Shown one piece after another: positions 1 through 7,773 of a stretch of DNA of 58,513 nt (its first letter is position 1; the number at the start of each line of letters is the position of its first letter). A program made the position numbers and the translations under genes. Source of the DNA: Elusimicrobiota bacterium (lineage in GTDB: Bacteria; Elusimicrobiota; Elusimicrobia; UBA1565); the NCBI GenBank assembly GCA_043819795.1, contig JBDREN010000090.1, positions 1 to 58,513 of the forward strand, written 5' to 3'. The notes below the pieces were generated by a model, which saw nothing but the letters and a program-made list of their open reading frames with translations, did no database searches and was not told where the DNA came from.

Positions 1-136
1 TTAACGGCAACGGTGGAGTGTACGACCCCTCTGCCCGGCCACGACACTCTCTGTCTTCTCGAACGACAACGGCAAACGGCAACGACAACGACCACCTTAA
101 ATCAGGCCCTCCGTGGTCCTAACAACTGGGAGCCCC

Positions 137-874
137 TCAGCCATGCCGTTGCAGAGCGGACTTCAGCTCATCCAGCGCGAGTGGCCAGGATCTGTTTTGG
201 CCTCCTGGAAAGCCGGCGGGAATGTGAATCGGCACGCGATCCAAATGCGCGGAGTTCGCGACTTCTTTCAACTGCTCGGTCACGGCAGTATTTGCATCCT
301 TGCCGAACGAGATGCAGAGCCGCGGCCTAACGCCAACAATTTCTTCTCGAAGAACGCCAAACCAATATGCGTCGTCCTTGCCGCTTTCTGCCTTCCAGAC
401 GTCAGTGACGTACAAGGTCGAGAAGAATCTATTGCGCCCTTCCTCGCTAAACCAAAACCTCTGACCCTCTCCCCCACAAGCTTTGAGGATGAGGTCGAAA
501 AACTGCTTCATCGGTTCTTTCGCCGCCCAGGAGTGAAATATAGACCGGTGCCGTTCGAGGGCTTCGGCGACGGTCCGAGGCTCTCTGAACAGGAAGCCAC
601 GCTGCGTTTCAGCGAGCGCTGGAGACAGCAAGACCACCATGCACTTGACGCGAGTCGGTTCGTTGGCGCCATAGAGTGCCGGCAACAGATATGGCACACC
701 GTCAAAGGAGGGATAGTCTTTGTAGACTCGGTCCGCCAGCCTAAGGAAGTCGAACGGTTCTCTTGGCATGTCGAAATCCAATGCGTGAGTCCAAGTATAT
801 CCCGTCTCGTGTGGGTTTACCAGCGGTAGGTCGTATCCCCTTTCGTAGATAGCCCGCCGTCGCCAGATTGGCAA
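137..874 (-). CDS. Uracil-DNA glycosylase-like superfamily protein (divergent); start uncertain
   Basis: C-terminal motifs LYVTDVWK...LREEIVGVRPRLCISFGKDA...PIHIP resemble the UDG family 4/5 fold signature. The listed TTG start overlaps a hairpin, so the true start may be downstream. Confidence 0.5.
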   Translation of the reverse strand: MPIWRRRAIYERGYDLPLVNPHETGYTWTHALDFDMPREPFDFLRLADRVYKDYPSFDGVPYLLPALYGANEPTRVKCMVVLLSPALAETQRGFLFREPRTVAEALERHRSIFHSWAAKEPMKQFFDLILKACGGEGQRFWFSEEGRNRFFSTLYVTDVWKAESGKDDAYWFGVLREEIVGVRPRLCISFGKDANTAVTEQLKEVANSAHLDRVPIHIPAGFPGGQNRSWPLALDELKSALQRHG

Positions 875-885
875 CGGCGGGCTAT
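849..885 (-). terminator. 17-bp hairpin directly 3' of the tRNA-Phe CCA end (terminator or processing stem)
   Basis: ATAGCCCGCCGTCGCCA (849-865) and TGGCAACGGCGGGCTAT (869-885) are inverted repeats with one G-U pair on the minus strand; no clear U-tract. Confidence 0.5.
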
Positions 886-893
886 TCTCAGAG

Positions 894-1239
894 TGGTGCC
901 GCGGGGTAGAATCGAACTACCGACACCAGGTTTTTCAGCGCTTTGTTACCAGCCGGAAAACCACCCCGACCAGGGCCGGGCACGAGGCCCGGCCTCTTCA
1001 CATTACTGTGAAGGCCAGACTATATCTTCCGCTCGAAACGAAGTCCCAGCGAGCGGTCAGGCGTGTAGTCGTTACGGGTTCCCGGGAGGATTTGCGCCTT
1101 CCGGGTCTTCCCTCGGTATTGTCCTCCCCGGCCCAGGGCCGGGGGTGGGAGATCCACCGATATAGCCTGATTCAATCCCCGGGATCGCCCCCAGGGCGGG
1201 CCATTACTGACCTGTGCTCTACCACTGAGCTACCGCGGC
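894..1239 (-). tRNA. tRNA-Phe(GAA), intron-containing: exon 1 = 1239-1210, exon 2 = 938-894
   Basis: Joined exons give a 75-nt cloverleaf: GCCGCGG TA GCTC AGTGGTA GAGC A CAGGT|CTGAAAA ACCTG GTGTC GGTAG TTCGATT CTACC CCGCGGC A CCA, with all four stems paired and an encoded CCA. Confidence 0.95.
939..1209 (-). ncRNA. Group I self-splicing intron, 271 nt, no homing endonuclease ORF, between tRNA positions 31 and 32
   Basis: 5' exon ends in U and the intron ends in G. P1 CAGGU-CA-GUAA-UG-GCCCG with U-G wobble; P2 with GCGA loop; P3 UCAGGC/GCCUGA (1170-1165, 1062-1057); P4 UCGGU/ACCGA; R element CCCGUAACGACUAC (1078-1065); S element AAGAUAUAGUCU (1028-1017); P8 CCGCUCG/CGAGCGG; P9 UUCACA-GUAA-UGUGAA. 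Confidence 0.93.
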
Positions 1240-1389
1240 ACAATACATGGCAGAACGCCGTCATTTAACTATTTTCCCTCCCAGGACGCAAGGTCATGGG
1301 CGTACGGCAGCCGTGCGAGCCGACTTCAAGAGGATGGATGCGGGCTGATTGGTGGAGCGATGACCGTCAGTCCCCAGCTCCCAGCAGAC

Positions 1390-1746
1390 CTAGACGCCCC
1401 ATAGATCGGCCAAGAGTTTGATGTGATTCCGGCCGCGGGCCCTCCGCTTTGCGGCTTTCTTTCGTTTCGCCTGCGGGTTCTTGGGCGGCCTGCCAGGGAT
1501 TGGCCGGTCCAGCAGCCCGCGGAATCCCTTCTCCGCGAAGCGCTTGCGCCATAGCTTGACCGTGGTCCGGCTGATGCCGAGTACGCGCGCGATATGTGCG
1601 TTGGACTGTCCGTCTGCGGCCCGGAAGATGGCGTCCGCGCGCTTGGCGTCGCGCAGCTTGTAGGTCAGAGTCCCCTTTTGCATGCGGCCCAGAAGGAGCC
1701 TGTCGGGCATACCGATCCGGATGGGAATGGGCTTCGGTCCGGGCAT
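1390..1746 (-). CDS. Stand-alone helix-turn-helix protein resembling the IS630 transposase N-terminal domain
   Basis: RADAIFRAADGQSNAHIARVLGISRTTVKLWRKRFAEKGFRGLLDRPIPGRPPK matches the IS630-type HTH with GRP AT-hook; no DDE domain follows. Confidence 0.75.
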   Translation of the reverse strand: MPGPKPIPIRIGMPDRLLLGRMQKGTLTYKLRDAKRADAIFRAADGQSNAHIARVLGISRTTVKLWRKRFAEKGFRGLLDRPIPGRPPKNPQAKRKKAAKRRARGRNHIKLLADLWGV

Positions 1747-1908
1747 CAGGACCATTCTACATTTGACCCTCGATTTCGTCAAAATCTGGCCAGGGATTTA
1801 TTTTTTTCTCGACGGACTTGCGCGGTTATTGGTTTCCCACCCGATTAGAGAGTAGAGGGGCGCTTTCCCGAAACCGGGCATGGGGTGTCCGGCGCGGTGT
1901 CCGGTAGG

Positions 1909-2078
1909 CGCTCCAGCGAAGCTTCGAGCCTATCGCTGGAGCGGGCGATGGGAAATGTCGCGAACTGCGGGCCTTTTCGCCCGCCTCGATCCGAGCTGGC
2001 GCTCGGATCGCTTCCCGACCACGCCCCCACTACGAACCGTGGGTGGGGCCGTGGTCGGGAAGGCGGCGGGCGAAAAGG
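1909..2078. other. Highly structured non-coding segment (candidate origin or ncRNA)
   Basis: Perfect stems: 1909-1919/1933-1943 (11 bp); 1972-1985/2065-2078 (14 bp) enclosing 1987-1996/2001-2010 (10 bp) and 2011-2023/2050-2062 (13 bp). Confidence 0.6.
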
Positions 2079-2113
2079 AGGACTATCTTAGATTCAGGAC
2101 TGAGGAGGTGCGA

Positions 2114-2923
2114 TTGAACAGAGACAACAGGGGCGGCGCGCATGGGGAACCCACTGGACGCTTCAGGCTGCTTCAACTGACGGCAAGGGACTTGGCCGCG
2201 CTCTCGGCCCTTGAACTTTGGGGCGTGCTCGGCCTCGGTCAGCTTCAGGCCTGGGCCTACTGGCGCGGTGGTACGTTGGAGGAACGGGTCCGTCTTTTCT
2301 TCGAGGAGATCCGCCGCGACGACTACGAGCGCTACGGCTACAAGCGGCTCTTGCGGCTGGAGCGGGGCGGGTTCGTTCGGCCGCATATCTGTCCGGGATT
2401 CAAGAAACTCTACCTCCTCTCGGCCGGAGGGCATGAGGAGCTCAGGGCGCGGGCTCGGGCGCGTTTCCCGGAGCACCTGGCGGAGGTGAGCCCCTACAAG
2501 GTCCGGCACACGCTCGCCGTGGCCGGGGTCTGGATGTCGGCCCGGGCCTTCCGGAACGTCCGGCCGGTGGCCGAGCGGGAGCTGCGCTATCGCTGGGACA
2601 TGCGGCGGGAGAAGCCTCTGGGCGGCATCGTCCCTGACCTTCTATTCCAGGGGAAAGAGGGCATGCAGGCCATGGAGGTGGAGCTCTCGCCCAAGGCACA
2701 TCGCCGCTATTTGAGGCTTTGGCAGACCTACGGGCGGCGTTTGCCGCGGGGCGGGCAGGTCCTCTACCTGACCGGCTTCCCGGGCGGCTACGAGATGATC
2801 CTGCGGCTCGCCAGGAAGCACCAGGTGTGGTTCATCCGGGCCGCGACCATAAATGATTGGAAGCTCAGCCGGGGCTTCTGCGACTTCAACAACTACACGC
2901 TGCTGGAAGAGGACACCATGTAG
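2114..2923 (+). CDS. Replication-relaxation family protein (wHTH + PD-(D/E)XK nuclease-like domain)
   Basis: LTARDLAAL...RLLRLERGGFV...LYLLSAGG...HTLAV...PDLLF...MEVELSPK pattern. TTG start chosen from the GAGGAGGTG RBS at 2102-2110. Confidence 0.8.
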   Translation: MNRDNRGGAHGEPTGRFRLLQLTARDLAALSALELWGVLGLGQLQAWAYWRGGTLEERVRLFFEEIRRDDYERYGYKRLLRLERGGFVRPHICPGFKKLYLLSAGGHEELRARARARFPEHLAEVSPYKVRHTLAVAGVWMSARAFRNVRPVAERELRYRWDMRREKPLGGIVPDLLFQGKEGMQAMEVELSPKAHRRYLRLWQTYGRRLPRGGQVLYLTGFPGGYEMILRLARKHQVWFIRAATINDWKLSRGFCDFNNYTLLEEDTM

Positions 2924-2978
2924 CGGGACGCGGTCGGAGAGGCAGGCGGACTCGATCTCAGACCCAAGGAGGTGCCCA

Positions 2979-3311
2979 TTGGAGCAGGCAGAAAACCTCG
3001 AACCCAACGTGACCGGACACGTGCCGGCTCAGCTGGAAGCCTTGCGCATGACCCAGGGAGTCCTTGAACGGATGATCCGGGAGCTCGCGGAAAGGCTCAA
3101 CCGGCAGGGGACGGCGCCGGAGCTTCTTACGGCCGCGGAGGTGGCCGCGAAGCTCCGGCTCTCCCGGTGGCGGTTCTACCACATCTACCGGCAGATCGGC
3201 CTCCTACCCGTGCGCCGCTTCGGGCGCAGGCTTCTGTTCCGCCGGGAGGATGTCCGGCGGGTCGTGCAAAGCCGGCGAGCGCCCAGGGGCAGGCCGCCGC
3301 GAAGATTGTAG
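2979..3311 (+). CDS. Excisionase-like HTH_17 DNA-binding protein
   Basis: ELLTAAEVAAKLRLSRWRFY...GRRLLFRREDV motif; AAGGAGGTG RBS before TTG 2979. Confidence 0.8.
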   Translation: MEQAENLEPNVTGHVPAQLEALRMTQGVLERMIRELAERLNRQGTAPELLTAAEVAAKLRLSRWRFYHIYRQIGLLPVRRFGRRLLFRREDVRRVVQSRRAPRGRPPRRL

Positions 3312-3322
3312 CCATGCCGGCC

Positions 3323-3351
3323 TTGACAGAGAGCATAATGGACTATAAACT
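3323..3351 (+). promoter_or_regulatory. Sigma70-type promoter for the MNT-HEPN-integrase unit
   Basis: TTGACA-17 nt-TAAACT in a local AT-rich patch. Confidence 0.65.
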
Positions 3352-3382
3352 ATTATTGCCAACTGGTAATTATTCACTCCAT

Positions 3383-4015
3383 ATGCCTCCAAAGTTCCTG
3401 ACCGGGCTTCTGGGACAGCGCTCCAAGGTGGAGGCCTTGCGCTGCCTGTTCGCAGAGCAGGGCGAGCTGGCCGGCCGGGAGGTCGCGCGGCGCTGCGGCC
3501 TGAGCCATCCCATCATCCACAAGGCCCTGAGCGAGCTCGAGCGCGAGGGGGTCGTGCTCCGGAGGGTCGCTCCCCCGACGCATCTGTTCCGGCTCAATCG
3601 CAAGAACTGGCTCGTCTCAAGGCTGCTCGCGGGGCTCTTCGAGAGGGAGCTTCATTGGCAGGAGGATATGGAGGCCCTCATCCGGAAGGACGTCCCAGAG
3701 GCCGTGGTTTCTCTCGTCTTGTTCGGGAGCCTCATCCAGGGCAAGTTCAGCGCCAAGAGCGACGTCGACGTGCTGGTCTTGGTCAAAGACGCCAAGAGCG
3801 TCGAGCCCGCGGGTGAGCATTTCGCGGATGTCGGAGCGCGGGTTTACGAGACGTTCCACCATCCCCTGGCCCCTGTGATCCTGCCTATCCAGGAGTTCCG
3901 CAGGCGCTACCGGGAGGGGGTGAAGTTCGCCAAGGACATCTCTTATTCAGGCAAGGTGATCCACGGGAAACTGTTGACCGAGGTGCTGTTCGAGCATGGC
4001 GGCAAAAAAGACTGA
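3383..4015 (+). CDS. HTH + minimal nucleotidyltransferase (MNT) antitoxin
   Basis: N-terminal wHTH (GREVARRCGLSHPIIHKAL), then LFGS...SDVDVLV polymerase-beta motif; overlaps the HEPN gene. Confidence 0.85.
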   Translation: MPPKFLTGLLGQRSKVEALRCLFAEQGELAGREVARRCGLSHPIIHKALSELEREGVVLRRVAPPTHLFRLNRKNWLVSRLLAGLFERELHWQEDMEALIRKDVPEAVVSLVLFGSLIQGKFSAKSDVDVLVLVKDAKSVEPAGEHFADVGARVYETFHHPLAPVILPIQEFRRRYREGVKFAKDISYSGKVIHGKLLTEVLFEHGGKKD

Positions 4016-4406
4016 TATCAAGAAGGTCGCATCCGACCGGGCGGGCATCTATTGGGACAAGGCCGAGGACTTCTTCCGGACCATGAGGGACGCCTCGGCG
4101 GCCGGCAACTGGAACGGCGCCGGCTTGGCCGCGGTCCACTGCGCGATCTCGGCCGCGGACGCCGTTCTTGTAGCCAAGGCCGGGGTCCGTTCGAGCTCCA
4201 AGGATCATGAGGACGCGGCGGACCTCATCGCTTCCCATGTGCGCCATCCCCAGGCCAAGGAGCAGGCCCGGAGGCTCAGGCGCATCCTGCAGGAGAAGAA
4301 CCTGATCGAGTACGTGGACAAGTCGTACCGCCAGGACGACGCCCTGGAGCTCCAAAAGCACGTAGAGCGGTTCATGGCCTGGGTGCGGCCGCACCTGAAC
4401 CGCTAG
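3996..4406 (+). CDS. HEPN domain protein (partner of MNT)
   Basis: 136 aa all-helical: KAEDF...AVHCAISAADAVL...H...KNLIEY...DA; the Rx4-6H motif is degenerate. Confidence 0.8.
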   Translation: MAAKKTDIKKVASDRAGIYWDKAEDFFRTMRDASAAGNWNGAGLAAVHCAISAADAVLVAKAGVRSSSKDHEDAADLIASHVRHPQAKEQARRLRRILQEKNLIEYVDKSYRQDDALELQKHVERFMAWVRPHLNR

Positions 4407-4414
4407 GAGGGACC

Positions 4415-5524
4415 GTGGCAAAGAAGGTGGTCGGGGGAAAGTACGAGGTGGACTTCACCTACAAGGGCCAGCGGGTCCGGGGCTCGATCCCGGTGGAGAC
4501 CTTGGTCGTGCTCCTGCGTGGCCCGGAGGCCAAAGACGGCGCCGCCAACCTGGGGCCCCAGGGCGCGATTGCCTTCGACCGGTTCGTGGACGAGTATTAC
4601 CTCCCCCGCCGCGCCAAGCCCCACAAGAAGGAAACCGCCTACGCCAGCGACCGCTCGGCCTGCGACTGGCTCAAGCGGTTCTTCGGAGGCCGGCCGCTCC
4701 ACCTGGTGGGCCGGGTCCAGCGCGAGGAGTTCAAGCAGCAAAGGCTGTGCGGCATCCTTTCCCGGTTCGGCAAGCCGTGCGCGACCAACACGGTCAATCA
4801 TGACCTCTCCTGCCTCAATCAGGTCATGGAGTACGCCGTCGAGCTCGGCCACCTGAATGAGAACCCGCTGGCCGGCATGAAGCGGCTTCCCGTGACGCAT
4901 CGGGAGCGCTTCTGGCTCACGAAAGAGAAGCTAGGAAGGCTTCTTGAGGCCGCGAAGGGCTACGAGCAGGGCCGCTACCTGGACTTCGTGGAGTTTCTGG
5001 CCGCAAGCGGCGCTCGTCTCGGGGAGGCCCTGGACTTCCGCAAAGAGCACATCGACTGGAAGCGCAAGGAGATCCGGCTCAAGACCCTCAAGAAGCGCAA
5101 CCGCGCCAACGCGGAGCGGTTCCTGTCCTTCAAGGACATCGGCCCGAGCCTCGAGGGCGTGCTCCGGCGCATGAAGGCGCACCCCAGGACCGGCTACTTC
5201 TTCGCTTCAAGGCAAGGGAAGCCCTGGTGGCCGCGCAACGCCGGCCGCGCCTTCCGCCGAATCCGGAGCATCGCGGGCCTGGAGGAATTCCGTCTGCACG
5301 ATCTGAGGCATACCTTCGCCATGCACCGGGCCATGACGCGGATCACCTTCCGGCAGCTCCAGGTGGAGCTCGGCCACTCCTCGCCGCAATCGGTACAGGC
5401 CTACCTGGACCAGGCCGACCGCTTCGATCCCAGGCAGTCCATCTTTTTCAAGGAGCCGGCCAAGATGACCGCTGAGGAAACGCGGCGGCTCTTATTGAGT
5501 GTTTTGGGCAGAGGCGAGAGGTAA
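4415..5524 (+). CDS. Tyrosine recombinase/integrase
   Basis: Catalytic motifs GARLGE, HDLRH, LGH and QAY; GGAGG RBS before GTG. Confidence 0.93.
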   Translation: MAKKVVGGKYEVDFTYKGQRVRGSIPVETLVVLLRGPEAKDGAANLGPQGAIAFDRFVDEYYLPRRAKPHKKETAYASDRSACDWLKRFFGGRPLHLVGRVQREEFKQQRLCGILSRFGKPCATNTVNHDLSCLNQVMEYAVELGHLNENPLAGMKRLPVTHRERFWLTKEKLGRLLEAAKGYEQGRYLDFVEFLAASGARLGEALDFRKEHIDWKRKEIRLKTLKKRNRANAERFLSFKDIGPSLEGVLRRMKAHPRTGYFFASRQGKPWWPRNAGRAFRRIRSIAGLEEFRLHDLRHTFAMHRAMTRITFRQLQVELGHSSPQSVQAYLDQADRFDPRQSIFFKEPAKMTAEETRRLLLSVLGRGER

Positions 5525-5627
5525 GCCCTTTACCCGACTTGAGAAAGAGTACCTGCTCCGCATTCTAAAAAATAATCATAATATAAAGCATTTCCGTCTA
5601 TCCTGATAATTCCCACCAATATAGGCC

Positions 5628-5655
5628 TTGACTAATTATTAATTTATGCTATATT
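5628..5655 (+). promoter_or_regulatory. Promoter for the AbiE-like operon
   Basis: TTGACT-16 nt-TATATT with extended TGn in a very AT-rich intergenic region. Confidence 0.6.
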
Positions 5656-5672
5656 TATAACGAACGTTAATT

Positions 5673-6869
5673 ATGGCTGATAAAGTAGCCAAGATACTAT
5701 CCGAAATCAGCGAAGCCGACTTGCGTCGCAAATTGCCGAGTCTGCTGTCCTACTTCCTCCCAGACGCCAAGATTCAAAAAGTGGAAGCTGAGGTCACAGC
5801 GGGACCCGTTGTCGTGGATTTGAAAGCGACGGTCAAGGTCGGTAGAGTGAGGAAGGTTCTTTTGTTCGAGGTCAAGGGTAAGGGAGAGCCAAAGTACCTC
5901 CTGAACGCTATCGGGAGTCTGACTATTGCCGGAAGGCGCACCCCAGAGGCCTATCCCATTGTGTTTGTACCGAGCCTGTCAAAGGAGGGGCGCAGTCTGC
6001 TCCGAGAAGCCGGAATCGGCTACGTGAGCATGGAAGGTGAGGTCTATATCAAGTTCGATACCGTCTACGTCGACCGCCAGGGTGGACCCAGAAAGGCTCG
6101 TGAATTATTCCAGGCTGCACTTGAGGCACAGCTGACGGCGATGGGGCAGTCGCTGCAAGAGGCCCAGCGGCTGATTGAAAACGCTGGAGTCCGGCAGCGA
6201 CCCAGGAAGAAGCTCGGGTTCCCATATAGCCCCAAGGCGTCCCGAGTGATTAGGGCTATGTTGGAGCGGCCCAAGCAGAGTTGGACCATCTTAGGTCTGG
6301 CCAGAGAGGCGAATGTCGCGCTCCGTCTGGTGCTTCTCGTGGTCAATGCCTTGGATTCGAAGGGATATGTGAGGAAACAACGGGGAGACATCCGTTTGCT
6401 GAAGCGCAAGGACCTGCTGGGCTCCTGGGCGGAGCAATACGAGTTCCGGGAGGTCAACGACCTCTACTTCTGCTACTCTCTTGCGCGCGATTTTGATGAG
6501 TTCAAGCGGCGACTCACGAATTTGCCGCCGGGATTGGCCGATCAGTATGGGCTGACTATGTTCGCCGGCGCATCTTTGATCGCCCCGCAGCTCCGCTTTA
6601 ATGATTCGCACCTCTACGTGCGTGGACCCTTCGAGGAGTGGGCCTCCAAGCTGGATCTGCGGCCGGTGACCTCCGGTGCCAACGTCGTTCTAGCGGCGCC
6701 GTTCGATGACGGCGTCTTTGACTATGCCCAGATGATCGACGGCGTGCGCGTAGTCAGCAACACGCAGCTATTCTTGGACCTATACAACATCCATGACCGT
6801 GCACGGGATCAGGCGGAATTCCTTTATAGGGAAGTAATGGAACGTGGCAAGACCCAGAACGAAAGCTGA
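5673..6869 (+). CDS. AbiEi-like type IV TA antitoxin / transcriptional regulator with N-terminal PD-(D/E)XK-like domain
   Basis: VDL...FEVK N-terminus, central wHTH, C-terminal YGLTMFAGA...GANV...FDDGVF...VSNTQLFLDL...RARDQAEFL. Confidence 0.8.
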   Translation: MADKVAKILSEISEADLRRKLPSLLSYFLPDAKIQKVEAEVTAGPVVVDLKATVKVGRVRKVLLFEVKGKGEPKYLLNAIGSLTIAGRRTPEAYPIVFVPSLSKEGRSLLREAGIGYVSMEGEVYIKFDTVYVDRQGGPRKARELFQAALEAQLTAMGQSLQEAQRLIENAGVRQRPRKKLGFPYSPKASRVIRAMLERPKQSWTILGLAREANVALRLVLLVVNALDSKGYVRKQRGDIRLLKRKDLLGSWAEQYEFREVNDLYFCYSLARDFDEFKRRLTNLPPGLADQYGLTMFAGASLIAPQLRFNDSHLYVRGPFEEWASKLDLRPVTSGANVVLAAPFDDGVFDYAQMIDGVRVVSNTQLFLDLYNIHDRARDQAEFLYREVMERGKTQNES

Positions 6870-7725
6870 TTACGATTCTCAGACGACAGAAGCCTCCAAG
6901 TCGGTCCTCTTGGAGGTTATGCGGATTTTCGGGGAGTACAAAGACGCGCTCGTGCTGATCGGTGGCTGGACGCCGTATTTCCTGCTTGAACACAGCGCCT
7001 CTGGGGTCGACTCGGCGGAATCAGGATTCGGAGCGCGGCCATTCCGCCACGTTGGCTCTATAGACATCGACCTTGCAGTGAATCCTGACAGGATCACGGG
7101 CGAGGAATATTCCACGATTGTTCAGCTTTTGCGTGATCGCGACTATGACCCAGATCTGGAAATTCGGTTCCGGCTCAACCGCACTTTGCCCGGCATGGCG
7201 ACACCTATCGGCGTGGATTTTTTGACATCAAAGCCTCCCAAGGGTGACGGACGCGGGCGCAGGCACCGCAAAGTGCAGGCTGATTTGGATGCCCGGGCCA
7301 CGGAGCATCTTGAGATCGCCTTCGCACTGAATGAGCGCTATGCTCTCGAAGGAGAGTTGCCCGAAGGCGGGGGCTTAACCCGCACGGAGTTCAACCTGGC
7401 ATCCTTGCCGGCGATCTTCGCGCTAAAAGGCCTGGCCATGGGTTATTTCGGCAGGTACAAGGAGAAGGATGCCTACGACGTCTACGCGCTGGCGAGGTAC
7501 TACGGGCGCGGTATCGAAGATGTCGTTGCGGAACTCAAACCCCACCTTGGCCGTGAGGCGCTCAGGATCAGTCTTGGACACATACGCGAGTCGTTCAAGA
7601 GCATCGCCCATACCGGCCCAAAGCAGGTCGCAAAATTCATCGAGGCAACGCCGGAGGAGGAACAGGGCATCGTGCAGGATGCGTTCTTGTCTGTTGATTC
7701 GGTATTGCGGGGGTGCCGATTTTGA
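6844..7725 (+). CDS. AbiEii-like nucleotidyltransferase toxin
   Basis: LVLIGGW...GSIDIDL...LK...KEKDAYD motifs; overlaps the antitoxin gene. Confidence 0.78.
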   Translation: MARPRTKADYDSQTTEASKSVLLEVMRIFGEYKDALVLIGGWTPYFLLEHSASGVDSAESGFGARPFRHVGSIDIDLAVNPDRITGEEYSTIVQLLRDRDYDPDLEIRFRLNRTLPGMATPIGVDFLTSKPPKGDGRGRRHRKVQADLDARATEHLEIAFALNERYALEGELPEGGGLTRTEFNLASLPAIFALKGLAMGYFGRYKEKDAYDVYALARYYGRGIEDVVAELKPHLGREALRISLGHIRESFKSIAHTGPKQVAKFIEATPEEEQGIVQDAFLSVDSVLRGCRF

Positions 7726-7773
7726 GGCCCCGGTACGATGATGTATCTCTGCATCGCGGGGAGAGGTGACCAT

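Noticed and set aside
1..100. AACGGC/AACGAC short repeats and ORF 13-330
   Set aside because: Low-complexity and truncated by the window edge; no supportable function.
893..1268. ORFs 893-1165 and 1008-1268 as an intron-encoded homing endonuclease
   Set aside because: They are antisense to the tRNA/intron, short, and lack LAGLIDADG, HNH or GIY-YIG motifs.
1880..2113. N-terminal extension of the rep-relax ORF
   Set aside because: Runs through the hairpin cluster; a strong RBS supports the start at 2114.
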